Shown here: piece after piece, positions 12,090 through 22,790 of the stretch
Position numbering within the stretch: the first letter of the stretch is position 1
Layout of the letters: each line of letters begins with the position of its first letter
Assembly: GCF_963521865.1 (NCBI RefSeq)
Contig: NZ_CAUQWY010000001.1
Location: 81,865 to 145,864, forward strand
Reading direction: 5' to 3'
Length of the DNA: 64,000 nt
From: an uncultured Streptococcus sp.
Lineage (GTDB): Bacteria; Bacillota; Bacilli; Lactobacillales; Streptococcaceae
The notes under the pieces: generated by a model
What the model was told of the DNA's origin: nothing
The model's input: the letters and a program-made list of their open reading frames with translations, nothing else
Databases searched by the model: none
Translations under genes and position numbers: made by a program

Positions 12090-12679
12090 TGGGAAAAATC
12101 ATTGGAATCACTGGGGGAATTGCCTCTGGTAAGTCAACTGTGACAAATTTTCTAAGACAGCAAGGCTTTCAAGTGGTGGATGCTGACGCAGTCGTCCACC
12201 AACTACAGAAACCTGGCGGTCGTCTGTTTAAGGCTCTAGTCCAGCACTTTGGGCAAGAAATCATCCTTGAAAACGGAGAACTCAATCGCCCTCTCCTAGC
12301 TAGTCTTATCTTTTCAAATCCTGAAGAACGAGAATGGTCTAAGCAAATCCAAGGAGAGATTATCCGTGAGGAACTAGCTACATTAAGAGACCAATTGGCT
12401 CAGTCAGAAGAGATTTTCTTCATGGATATTCCCCTACTTTTTGAGCAGGCCTACAGCGCTTGGTTTGATGAGACATGGTTGGTCTATGTGGACCGAGATG
12501 TCCAAGTAGAACGCCTAATGAAAAGGGATCAGCTATCCAAGAATGAAGCTGAGTCTCGTCTGGCAGCCCAGTGGCCTTTAGAGAAAAAGAAAGATTTGGC
12601 CAGCCATGTTTTAAACAACAATGGAAATCAGGACCAGCTTCTTACTCAGGTGTTCTCCCTGCTTGAGGGAGGTAGTTAA
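12089..12679 (+). CDS. coaE: Dephospho-CoA kinase
   Basis: IGITGGIASGKST and DIPLLFE. Confidence 0.96.
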   Translation: MGKIIGITGGIASGKSTVTNFLRQQGFQVVDADAVVHQLQKPGGRLFKALVQHFGQEIILENGELNRPLLASLIFSNPEEREWSKQIQGEIIREELATLRDQLAQSEEIFFMDIPLLFEQAYSAWFDETWLVYVDRDVQVERLMKRDQLSKNEAESRLAAQWPLEKKKDLASHVLNNNGNQDQLLTQVFSLLEGGS

Positions 12680-12680
12680 G

Positions 12681-13880
12681 ATGACAGAGATTAACTGGAA
12701 GGATAATCTGCGCATTGCCTGGTTTGGTAATTTTCTGACTGGAGCCAGTATTTCTTTGGTTGTGCCCTTTATGCCTATCTTTGTGGAAAATCTGGGTGTA
12801 GGGAGTGAGCAAGTCGCTTTTTATGCAGGCTTAGCAATTTCTGTCTCTGCTATTTCCGCGGCGCTCTTTTCTCCTATCTGGGGGATTCTTGCTGACAAAT
12901 ATGGTCGAAAACCCATGATGATTCGGGCTGGCATGGCCATGACCATTACTATGGGAGGTTTGGCCTTTGTACCAAATATCTATTGGTTAATCTTTCTTCG
13001 TTTATTAAACGGTATATTTGCAGGATTTGTTCCCAATGCAACAGCCCTGATAGCCAGTCAGGTTCCCAAGGAAAAATCAGGCTCTGCCTTAGGTACTTTG
13101 TCTACAGGCGTAGTTGCAGGTACTCTAACTGGTCCCTTTATTGGTGGCTTTATTGCAGAATTATTTGGTATTCGTACAGTTTTCTTACTGGTTGGTAGTT
13201 TTCTATTTTTAGCTGCTCTTTTGACTATTTGCTTTATCAAGGAAGATTTTCAACCAGTAGCCAAGGAAAAGGCCATTCCAACAAAGGAATTGTTTACATC
13301 AGTTAAATACCCCTATCTCTTGGTCAACCTCTTTCTGACCAGTTTTGTCATCCAATTTTCAGCCCAATCAATCGGCCCTATCTTAGCTCTGTATGTACGC
13401 GACTTAGGCCAGACAGAGAATCTTCTCTTTGTATCTGGTTTGATTGTATCCAGCATGGGCTTTTCCAGTATGATGAGTGCAGGAGTCATGGGAAAGCTAG
13501 GTGACAAGGTGGGCAATCATCGCCTCTTGGTTGTAGCCCAGTTTTATTCAGTCATTATCTATCTCCTCTGTGCCAATGCCTCTAGCCCCCTTCAACTAGG
13601 ACTCTATCGTTTCCTCTTTGGCTTGGGGACAGGTGCCTTGATTCCTGGAGTTAATGCCCTTCTCAGCAAGATGACGCCCAAAGTCGGCATTTCGAGGGTC
13701 TTTGCCTTCAATCAGGTATTCTTTTATCTGGGAGGTGTCGTTGGGCCTATGGCAGGTTCTGCAGTGGCGGGTCAATTTGGCTACCATGCTGTTTTTTATG
13801 CGACAAGCCTTTGTGTTGCCTTTAGTTGTCTCTTTAACCTGCTTCAATTTCGAACATTATTAAAAGTAAAGGAAATCTAG
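12681..13880 (+). CDS. pmrA: MFS multidrug efflux pump PmrA
   Basis: MFS motif A ([11 protein letters not shown]), about 12 TM segments, located after coaE. Confidence 0.88.
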
Positions 13881-14029
13881 TGCGAGTAAAAATTAATCTA
13901 AAATGCTCCTCTTGTGGCAGTATCAATTATCTAACTAGTAAAAATTCAAAAACCCATCCAGACAAGATCGAGGTTTTAAAGTATTGTCCCAAGGAAAGAA
14001 AAGTAACCCTACATCTTGAATCTAAGTAG
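13880..14029 (+). CDS. rpmG: 50S ribosomal protein L33 paralogue (49 aa, not in the ORF track)
   Basis: GTG start overlapping the pmrA stop; [49 protein letters not shown]. Confidence 0.9.
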
Positions 14030-14068
14030 ATTTTATGGTAAAATAATAAGGATTTTAAGGAGTTTGAT

Positions 14069-14302
14069 ATGTATAACCTATTATTAACCATTTTATTAGT
14101 ATTATCTGTTGTGATTGTAATTGCGATTTTCATGCAACCAACTAAAAACCAATCCAGCAATGTATTTGATGCCAGCTCAGGTGATTTGTTTGAACGCAGT
14201 AAAGCACGCGGTTTTGAAGCTGTAATGCAGCGTTTGACAGGGATTTTAGTCTTTTTCTGGCTAGCCATTGCCTTAGCATTGACGGTATTATCAAGTAGAT
14301 AA
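14069..14302 (+). CDS. secG: Preprotein translocase subunit SecG
   Basis: Two TM segments and LFERSKARGFE; secG-rnr-smpB synteny. Confidence 0.95.
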   Translation: MYNLLLTILLVLSVVIVIAIFMQPTKNQSSNVFDASSGDLFERSKARGFEAVMQRLTGILVFFWLAIALALTVLSSR

Positions 14303-14403
14303 GAAAATAATGGGCAGGACTAGGTCTTTGCCTCTTTTTATTTTTAAAGGATGTTTGAGAAGGTTTTACAGTAAAAGAAAATTAAAAAATCTAGAAAGAA
14401 AAT

Positions 14404-16758
14404 ATGAAAGATAGAATAAAAGAATATTTACAAGACAAGGGAAAGGTGACTGTCAATGACTTGGCTCAGGATTTGGGAAAAGACGGGTCCAAGGATTTTC
14501 GTGAGTTGATTAAAACCTTGTCCTTAATGGAAAGAAAGCATCAGATACGCTTTGAAGAAGATGGAACTTTGACTTTGGAAGTCAAGAAAAAACATGAGAT
14601 TACTCTCAAGGGGATTTTTCATGCTCATAAAAATGGCTTTGGCTTTGTTAGTCTGGAAGGCGAGGAGGACGATCTTTTTGTAGGGAAAAACGATGTCAAC
14701 TATGCTATTGATGGCGATACTGTTGAGGTCGTGATTAAGAAAGTCGCTGACCGTAATAAGGGAACAGCAGCAGAAGCCAAAATTATCGATATTCTAGAAC
14801 ACGGTTTGACAACTGTTGTCGGTCAAATCGTTCTAGATCAGGAAAAGCCCAAGTATGCTGGTTACATCCGTTCAAAGAATCAGAAAATCAGTCAACCAAT
14901 TTATGTTAAGAAACCAGCTCTTAAACTAGAAGGAACAGAAGTTCTCAAGGTCTTTATCGACAAATACCCAAGTAAGAAACACGATTTCTTTGTCGCTAGC
15001 GTCCTCGATGTGGTGGGGCATTCAACGGATGTTGGGATTGATGTCCTTGAGGTTTTGGAGTCTATGGACATTGTCTCAGAATTTCCAGAGGCTGTTGTCA
15101 AGGAGGCAGAAAGTGTGCCTGATGCTCCATCACAAAAGGATATGGAAGGCCGTCTGGATTTGAGAGATGAAATTACCTTTACCATTGATGGTGCTGACGC
15201 CAAGGATTTGGACGATGCGGTGCATATCAAGGCCTTGAAAAATGGTAATCTGGAACTCGGAGTTCATATCGCAGATGTTTCCTACTATGTAACTGAGGGT
15301 TCGGCCCTTGACAAGGAAGCCCTTAACCGCGCGACTTCAGTCTATGTAACAGACCGTGTGGTCCCAATGCTTCCAGAACGACTGTCAAATGGCATCTGCT
15401 CTCTCAATCCCCAAGTTGACCGCCTGACCCAGTCTGCCATTATGGAGATTGATAAACATGGTCGTGTGGTCAACTATACCATTACACAAACAGTTATCAA
15501 GACCAGTTTTCGTATGACCTATAGTGATGTCAATGATATCCTAGCTGGCGACGAGGAAAAGCGACAAGAATATCAGAAAATTGTTCCTAGTATCGAACTT
15601 ATGGCCAAGCTTCATGAAACTTTAGAAAACATGCGTGTGAAACGTGGAGCCCTCAATTTTGATACCAATGAAGCCAAGATTTTAGTGGATAAACAAGGCA
15701 AGCCTGTTGATATCGTTCTTCGTCAGCGTGGTGTTGCCGAGCGGATGATTGAGTCCTTTATGCTGATGGCCAATGAAACAGTTGCTGAGCATTTTAGCAA
15801 GCTGGATTTGCCTTTCATCTATCGAATTCACGAGGAGCCAAAGGCTGAAAAGGTTCAGAAGTTTATTGATTATGCTTCAAGCTTTGGCTTGCGCATTTAT
15901 GGGACCGCCAGTGAGATTAGCCAGGAGGCACTTCAAGACATCATGCGTACTGTTGAGGGGGAACCTTATGCAGATGTATTATCTATGATGCTTCTTCGCT
16001 CTATGCAGCAGGCTCGCTATTCGGAGCACAATCACGGCCACTATGGATTAGCGGCTGACTATTACACTCACTTTACTAGTCCGATTCGTCGTTATCCAGA
16101 CCTCCTTGTTCACCGCATGATTCGGGACTATGGGCGTTCTAAGGAAATAGCAGAGCATTTTGAGCAAGTGATTCCAGAGATTGCGACCCAGTCTTCCAAC
16201 CGTGAACGTCGTGCCATTGAGGCTGAGCGTGAAGTCGAAGCCATGAAAAAGGCTGAGTACATGGAAGAATACGTGGGTGACGAGTACGATGCAGTTGTAT
16301 CAAGTATTGTCAAATTCGGTCTCTTTGTCGAATTGCCAAACACAGTTGAAGGCTTGATTCACATCACCAATCTACCTGAATTTTATCATTTCAATGAGCG
16401 TGATTTGACCCTTCGTGGAGAGAAATCAGGAACAACCTTCCGTGTAGGTCAGCAGATTCGTATTCGGGTTGAAAGAGCGGATAAGATGACAGGTGAAATT
16501 GACTTCTCTTACATCCCAAGTGAGTTTGATGTGATCGAAAAAGGCTTGAAACAGTCTAGTCGTAGTGACAGAGGGCGTGGTTCAAGTCGTCGTTCAGATA
16601 AGAAGGAAGACAAGAGAAAATCAGGACGCTCAAATGATAAGCGCAAGCATTCACAGAAAGACAAGAAGAAAAAAGGAAAGAAACCTTTTTATAAGGAAGT
16701 AGCTAAGAAAGGAGCTAAGCATGGCAAAGGGCGAGGGAAAGGTCGTCGCACAAAATAA
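14404..16758 (+). CDS. rnr: Ribonuclease R
   Basis: [27 protein letters not shown]1 domain and a basic tail. Confidence 0.97.
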
Positions 16759-17188
16759 AAAGGCGCGTCATGACTATACAATCGTAGATACGCTAGAGGC
16801 AGGGATGGTCCTGACTGGAACTGAAATCAAGAGTGTACGAGCTGCTCGAATCAATCTCAAAGATGGCTTTGCTCAAGTAAAAAATGGAGAAGTCTGGTTG
16901 AGCAATGTTCACATCGCTCCTTACGAAGAGGGCAATATTTGGAACCAAGAACCAGAACGTCGTCGAAAACTCTTGCTCCATAAGAAACAAATCCAAAAGT
17001 TGGAACAGGAGACCAAAGGGACAGGTATGACCCTGGTTCCCCTTAAAGTCTATATCAAGGATGGCTATGCCAAGCTCCTTTTAGGACTTGCCAAAGGGAA
17101 GCATGACTACGACAAACGGGAGTCTATCAAACGTCGTGAGCAAAACCGCGACATCGCGCGTGTTATGAAAGCTGTTAATCAGCGATAA
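16721..17188 (+). CDS. smpB: SsrA-binding protein
   Basis: [30 protein letters not shown]. Confidence 0.98.
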
Positions 17189-17203
17189 AAAGAGGAAATG
17201 AAA

Positions 17204-18064
17204 ATGGAAAAATTAGTTGCCTATAAACGTATGCCCTTGTGGACTAAAGAAACCATGCCAGAGGCTGTTCAGCAGAAACACAATACCAAGGTTGGGACTT
17301 GGGGCAAGATTACTGTTTTAAAAGGAACTCTCAAGTTTATTGAATTGACAGAGGATGGCGAAGTTCTAGCTGAGCATCTCTTTGAAGCGGGGGCTGACAA
17401 TCCAATGGCACAACCACAAGCTTGGCACCGAGTGGAGGCTGTAACAGATGATGTGGAGTGGTACTTGGAATTTTATTGTAAACCTGAGGACTATTTCCCT
17501 AAGAAATACAATACCAATCCTGTTCATTCAGAGGTCCTAGAGGCAATGCAGACAGTAAAACCAGGAAAAGCCTTGGATTTGGGCTGTGGTCAGGGCCGTA
17601 ATGCACTCTTTCTAGCCCAGCAAGGTTTTGATGTGACAGCTGTGGATCAAAATGAATTGGCTCTTGAAATCTTGCAAAGCATTGTGGAGCAGGAAGATTT
17701 GGATATGCCTGTTGGTCTTTACGATATCAATTCAGCCAGCATTGGGCAAGAATATGATTTTATCGTATCGACAGTTGTTTTGATGTTTCTACAAGCGGAC
17801 AGCATTCCAGCTATTATTCAAAATATGCAGGAGAAAACCAGTGTTGGTGGTTACAATCTTATCGTTTGTGCTATGGATACGGAAGATTACCCTTGCTCTG
17901 TGAACTTCCCATTTACCTTTAAAGAAGGGGAATTGGCAGACTATTACAAGGACTGGAAATTGGTTAAGTACAATGAAAATCCAGGCCATTTGCACCGTCG
18001 TGACGAAAATGGTAATCGTATTCAACTACGCTTTGCGACCATGCTAGCTAAAAAATTCAAATAA
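17204..18064 (+). CDS. tehB: TehB-type SAM-dependent methyltransferase with N-terminal DUF1971-like domain (start may be 17198)
   Basis: HNTKVGTWGKI and ALDLGCGQGRN. Confidence 0.88.
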   Translation: MEKLVAYKRMPLWTKETMPEAVQQKHNTKVGTWGKITVLKGTLKFIELTEDGEVLAEHLFEAGADNPMAQPQAWHRVEAVTDDVEWYLEFYCKPEDYFPKKYNTNPVHSEVLEAMQTVKPGKALDLGCGQGRNALFLAQQGFDVTAVDQNELALEILQSIVEQEDLDMPVGLYDINSASIGQEYDFIVSTVVLMFLQADSIPAIIQNMQEKTSVGGYNLIVCAMDTEDYPCSVNFPFTFKEGELADYYKDWKLVKYNENPGHLHRRDENGNRIQLRFATMLAKKFK

Positions 18065-18090
18065 ACATGAATGAAGATTAGGAATTTCCT

Positions 18091-18114
18091 GATCTTTTTT
18101 CTTTTTTTCGAATA
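18091..18114 (+). promoter_or_regulatory. Candidate ComX (SigX) combox upstream of coiA
   Basis: T-rich tract followed by TTCGAATA, one mismatch to TACGAATA, 21 nt before the coiA ATG. Confidence 0.55.
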
Positions 18115-18135
18115 ATATAGAAAAGGAGGGAAATC

Positions 18136-19089
18136 ATGTTTGTTGCGAGAGATACTAGGGGAGAATTGGTAAATGTGTTAGAGGATAAACTTGAGAAGCA
18201 AGCATACACCTGCCCAGCTTGTGGAGGTCAGCTCCGTTTGCGTCAAGGACTAAGTGTCCGGGCCCATTTTGCCCACAAAACCTTAAAAGACTGTGATTTT
18301 TCCTCTGAAAATGAAAGTCCAGAACACCTAGAAAATAAAAAATCACTTTATCACTGGTTGAAAAAAGATTCAGAGGTGCAATTAGAGTACCCTCTTCCAG
18401 AGCTTAAACAGATTGCAGATGTATTTGTAAATGGCAATCTAGCTTTAGAGGTTCAATGTAGTCCCTTGCCTCAAAAAGTTCTTAAAGAGCGTAGTGAGGG
18501 CTATCGTAGTCAGGGTTACCAAGTACTGTGGTTGTTGGGAGAAAAACTGTGGCTCAAGGAGCGGTTGACTCGTCTGCAAGAAGGTTTTCTATACTTTAGT
18601 CAAAACATGGGATTTTATGTTTGGGAAGTAGACAGTGAAAAACAAGTTTTAAGACTCAAATACCTGATTCACCAGGATCTCCGAGGTAAACTCCATTATC
18701 AAATCAAGGAATTTCCTTATGGACAAGATAGTCTACTGGAGATATTACGTCTTCCCTATAAGAAACAAAAAATATCTCATTTTACAGTTTCTCAGGACAA
18801 GGACATCTGTCGCTATATCCGGCAACAACTCTATTATCAAAATCCCTTTTGGATGAAAGAACAAGCAGAAGCCTATAAAAAGGGAGAAAATCTCCTGACT
18901 TACGGGCTAAAAGAATGGTATCCACAAATTCGACCACTAGTAGGAAATTTTTGCCAAATTGAGCAAGATTTGACTCGCTATTATCAGTATTTTCAAACCT
19001 ATTATCAAGAAAATCCTCAAAATGATTGGCAAAAGCTCTATCCACCAGCCTTTTATCAGCAATATTTCTTGAAAAATATGGTAGAATAG
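18136..19089 (+). CDS. coiA: Competence protein CoiA
   Basis: CPAC...HFAH...C, ESPEH, IADVFV...ALEVQCS; coiA-pepF synteny. Confidence 0.93.
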   Translation: MFVARDTRGELVNVLEDKLEKQAYTCPACGGQLRLRQGLSVRAHFAHKTLKDCDFSSENESPEHLENKKSLYHWLKKDSEVQLEYPLPELKQIADVFVNGNLALEVQCSPLPQKVLKERSEGYRSQGYQVLWLLGEKLWLKERLTRLQEGFLYFSQNMGFYVWEVDSEKQVLRLKYLIHQDLRGKLHYQIKEFPYGQDSLLEILRLPYKKQKISHFTVSQDKDICRYIRQQLYYQNPFWMKEQAEAYKKGENLLTYGLKEWYPQIRPLVGNFCQIEQDLTRYYQYFQTYYQENPQNDWQKLYPPAFYQQYFLKNMVE

Positions 19090-19107
19090 AAAGGATGGAG
19101 GAATCTA

Positions 19108-20910
19108 ATGGTATTACAAAGAAATGAAATAAATGAAAAAGATACATGGGATCTATCAACGATCTACCCCACTGACCAGGCTTGGGAAGAAGCCTTAAAA
19201 GATTTAACAGAACAATTGGAGACAGTAGCCCAGTATGAAGGCCATCTCCTAGATAGTGCGGATAGCCTACTCGAAGTTACTGAATTTTCTCTTGAAATGG
19301 AACGCCAGACGGAGAAGCTTTACGTTTATGCTCATATGAAGAATGACCAAGACACACGTGAAGCCAAGTACCAAGAGTACTATGCCAAGGCCATGACTCT
19401 CTATAGCCAGCTAGACCAAGCCTTTTCATTCTATGAGCCTGAATTTATGGAGATTAGCGAAAAGCAGTATGCTGACTTTTTAGAAGCTCAACCAAAATTG
19501 CAGGTTTATCAACACTATTTTGATAAGCTTTTGCAAGGCAAGGATCATGTTCTTTCGCAACGTGAAGAAGAATTATTGGCTGGAGCTGGGGAAATCTTTG
19601 GTTCGGCAAGTGAAACCTTCGCTATTTTAGATAATGCAGATATCGTCTTTCCATTTGTTAAAGATGAAGATGGTAACGAAGTACAATTATCACATGGCGT
19701 TTATATGCGTTTAATGGAGTCTAAAAATCGTGAGGTTCGCCGTGGTGCCTATCAAGCTCTTTATGCGACTTATGAGCAATTCCAACATACTTATGCTAAA
19801 ACCTTGCAAACAAATGTTAAAGTTCAAAACTATCGTGCCAAAGTTCGCAACTACAAGAGTGCTCGTCATGCAGCTCTCGCAGCAAATTTTGTTCCAGAGA
19901 GTGTTTATGACAATTTGGTAGCAGCAGTTCGCAGGCACTTGCCACTCTTGCATCGTTACCTTGAGCTTCGTTCAAAAATCTTGGGGATTTCAGACCTCAA
20001 GATGTATGATGTCTACACACCGCTTTCATCTGTTGAATATAGTTTTACCTACCAAGAAGCCTTGAAAAAAGCAGAAGAAGCCTTGGCAGTCTTGGGTGAG
20101 GATTACTTGAGCCGTGTTAAACGTGCCTTCAGCGAACGTTGGATTGATGTTTACGAAAATCAAGGCAAGCGTTCAGGAGCCTACTCTGGTGGCTCTTACG
20201 ATACCAATGCCTTTATGCTTCTTAACTGGCAGGACAATCTAGACAATCTCTTTACCCTTGTCCATGAGACTGGTCATAGTATGCATTCAAGCTATACTCG
20301 TGAAACGCAGCCTTATGTTTATGGAGATTACTCTATCTTCTTGGCTGAGATTGCATCAACTACCAATGAAAATATCTTGACGGAGAAATTATTGGAAGAA
20401 GTGGAAGACGACGCAACGCGCTTTGCTATTCTCAATAACTTCCTAGATGGTTTCCGTGGGACAGTTTTCCGCCAAACTCAATTTGCTGAGTTTGAACACG
20501 CCATTCACCAAGCGGATCAAAATGGTGAAGTCTTGACAAGCGATTTCCTAAATAAACTCTACGCAGACTTGAACCAAGAGTATTATGGTTTGAGTAAGGA
20601 AGACAATCCTGAAATCCAATTTGAGTGGGCTCGCATTCCACACTTCTACTATAACTACTATGTATATCAATATTCAACTGGTTTTGCAGCAGCTTCAGCC
20701 CTGGCTGAAAAAATTGTTCATGGTAGTCAAGAAGACCGTGACCGCTATATCGACTACCTCAAGGCTGGTAAGTCTGACTACCCACTTAATGTCATGAGAA
20801 AAGCTGGTGTTGATATGGAGAAGGAAGACTATCTCAATGATGCCTTTGCAGTCTTTGAACGCCGTTTAAATGAGTTTGAAGCCCTTGTTGAAAAATTGGG
20901 ATTGGCATAA
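19108..20910 (+). CDS. pepF: Oligoendopeptidase F
   Basis: HETGHSMH zinc motif, [15 protein letters not shown]. Confidence 0.96.
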   Translation: MVLQRNEINEKDTWDLSTIYPTDQAWEEALKDLTEQLETVAQYEGHLLDSADSLLEVTEFSLEMERQTEKLYVYAHMKNDQDTREAKYQEYYAKAMTLYSQLDQAFSFYEPEFMEISEKQYADFLEAQPKLQVYQHYFDKLLQGKDHVLSQREEELLAGAGEIFGSASETFAILDNADIVFPFVKDEDGNEVQLSHGVYMRLMESKNREVRRGAYQALYATYEQFQHTYAKTLQTNVKVQNYRAKVRNYKSARHAALAANFVPESVYDNLVAAVRRHLPLLHRYLELRSKILGISDLKMYDVYTPLSSVEYSFTYQEALKKAEEALAVLGEDYLSRVKRAFSERWIDVYENQGKRSGAYSGGSYDTNAFMLLNWQDNLDNLFTLVHETGHSMHSSYTRETQPYVYGDYSIFLAEIASTTNENILTEKLLEEVEDDATRFAILNNFLDGFRGTVFRQTQFAEFEHAIHQADQNGEVLTSDFLNKLYADLNQEYYGLSKEDNPEIQFEWARIPHFYYNYYVYQYSTGFAAASALAEKIVHGSQEDRDRYIDYLKAGKSDYPLNVMRKAGVDMEKEDYLNDAFAVFERRLNEFEALVEKLGLA

Positions 20911-20911
20911 A

Positions 20912-21625
20912 ATGGTTGAATCGTATAGTAAAAATGCCAACCATAACATGCGTCGTCCTGTTGTCAAGGAAGAAATTGTGGACTTGATGCGTCAGCGTCA
21001 AAAGCAAGTCACAGGCTCTTTGAAAGAATTGGAAGACTTTGCCCGTAAGGAAAATATTCCCATCATTCCCCATGAAACGGTTGCTTATTTCCGTTTTCTC
21101 ATGGAAACCATGCAGCCTAAAAACATTCTGGAAATTGGGACGGCTATCGGTTTTTCAGCCCTCTTGATGGCAGAACATGCGCCAAATGCTAAGATTACAA
21201 CCATTGACCGCAATCCAGAGATGATTGGATTTGCCAAGGAAAATTTTGCTCAGTTTGACAGTCACAAGCAAATCACGCTTTTAGAAGGAGATGCGGTAGA
21301 TGTCTTATCAACCCTGACAGAGTCCTATGATTTCGTCTTTATGGATTCTGCCAAGTCTAAATACATCGTCTTTTTGCCAGAAATCCTCAAACACTTGGAA
21401 GTTGGTGGTGTGGTTGTCTTGGATGATATTTTCCAAGGTGGTGATGTTGCCAAGGACATTATGGAAGTCCGTCGTGGCCAGCGAACCATTTATCGAGGCC
21501 TTCAAAGACTATTTGACGCAACCTTAGACAATCCAGGACTCACCGCAACATTAGTCCCTCTGGGAGACGGTATTCTTATGCTTCGTAAAAATGTAGCAGA
21601 TGTTCAATTGCCTGACAGCGAATAA
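20912..21625 (+). CDS. O-methyltransferase (YrrM/TrmR-like)
   Basis: ILEIGTAIGFSA and YDFVFMDSAKSKY. Confidence 0.85.
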   Translation: MVESYSKNANHNMRRPVVKEEIVDLMRQRQKQVTGSLKELEDFARKENIPIIPHETVAYFRFLMETMQPKNILEIGTAIGFSALLMAEHAPNAKITTIDRNPEMIGFAKENFAQFDSHKQITLLEGDAVDVLSTLTESYDFVFMDSAKSKYIVFLPEILKHLEVGGVVVLDDIFQGGDVAKDIMEVRRGQRTIYRGLQRLFDATLDNPGLTATLVPLGDGILMLRKNVADVQLPDSE

Positions 21626-21658
21626 TTTTCAGAAAAATTTAAGAAAATATAGTAAAAT
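21624..21658 (+). promoter_or_regulatory. prsA promoter with CiaR-like direct repeat (also matches a CodY box)
   Basis: TTTCAG-N5-TTTAAG (21627-21643) upstream of TAAAAT (21653). AATTTTCAGAAAAAT (21624-21638) has one mismatch to AATTTTCWGAAAATT. Confidence 0.6.
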
Positions 21659-21691
21659 AGATAGGGTAACACTTATCTCAAAGGAGTAGAC

Positions 21692-22630
21692 ATGAAGAAA
21701 AAACTATTGGCAGGTGCCATTACACTATTATCAGTAGCAACTTTAGCAGCTTGTTCGAAAGGTTCAGAAGGGGCAGATCTTATCAGCATGAAAGGGGATG
21801 TCATCACTGAACATCAATTTTATGAGCAAGTGAAAAGCAATCCTTCAGCTCAACAAGTGTTGTTGAACCTGACCATCCAAAAAGTATTTGAGAAACAATA
21901 CGGCTCAGAAGTAGATGACAAAGAAGTCAACGATACTATTGCCGAAGAAGAAAAACAATATGGTGAGAACTACCAACGTGTCTTGTCACAAGCAGGTATG
22001 ACCCTTGAAACACGTAAAGCTCAAATTCGTACAAGTAAATTGGTTGAGTTGGCAGTTAAGAAGGCAGCAGAAGCTGAATTGACAGATGATGCTTACAAGA
22101 AGGCCTTTGACGAGTACACTCCAGATGTAACTGCTCAAATCATTCGTCTTGATAATGAGGATAAAGCGAAAGAAGTCCTCGAAAAAGCTAAGGCAAGTGG
22201 CGCAGATTTCGCTCAATTAGCCAAAGATAACTCAACTGATGAGAAAACTAAAGCGAATGGTGGAGAAATCACCTTTGATTCTGCTTCAACAGAAGTACCA
22301 GAACAAGTTAAAAAAGCTGCTTTTGCTTTAGATGTAAATGGTGTTTCTGATGTGATTAAAGCCACTGGCACACAAGCCTATAGTAGCCAATATTACATTG
22401 TAAAACTCACTAAGAAAACAGAAAAATCATCTAATATCGATGATTACAAAGAAAAATTAAAAACTGTTATCTTAACCCAAAAACAAAACGATGCGACATT
22501 TGTTCAAAGCATTATCGGAAAAGAATTGCAAGCAGCTAATATCAAGGTCAAAGACCAAGCCTTCCAAAATATCTTTACCCAATATATCGGTGGTGGAGAT
22601 TCAAGCTCAAGTAGTTCATCAAAAGAATAA
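21692..22630 (+). CDS. prsA: Foldase lipoprotein PrsA (PpmA)
   Basis: Lipobox LAAC, parvulin-like region (FAQLAKDNSTD...NGG) and a Ser-rich tail. Confidence 0.93.
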   Translation: MKKKLLAGAITLLSVATLAACSKGSEGADLISMKGDVITEHQFYEQVKSNPSAQQVLLNLTIQKVFEKQYGSEVDDKEVNDTIAEEEKQYGENYQRVLSQAGMTLETRKAQIRTSKLVELAVKKAAEAELTDDAYKKAFDEYTPDVTAQIIRLDNEDKAKEVLEKAKASGADFAQLAKDNSTDEKTKANGGEITFDSASTEVPEQVKKAAFALDVNGVSDVIKATGTQAYSSQYYIVKLTKKTEKSSNIDDYKEKLKTVILTQKQNDATFVQSIIGKELQAANIKVKDQAFQNIFTQYIGGGDSSSSSSSKE

Positions 22631-22790
22631 AACAGAAAAGAGCCAAGTGCTCTTTTTCTTATGAGAAAATCTTCTATCTTAAGGATAAGAGTTTTTTTCT
22701 TTCGGAAAAAATGGTATAATAGCAATCAAAACTAGAAAATAAACGGAATTTGGGAATAATTTCTTTTGTTCTCATTAGATTGGTGATACT

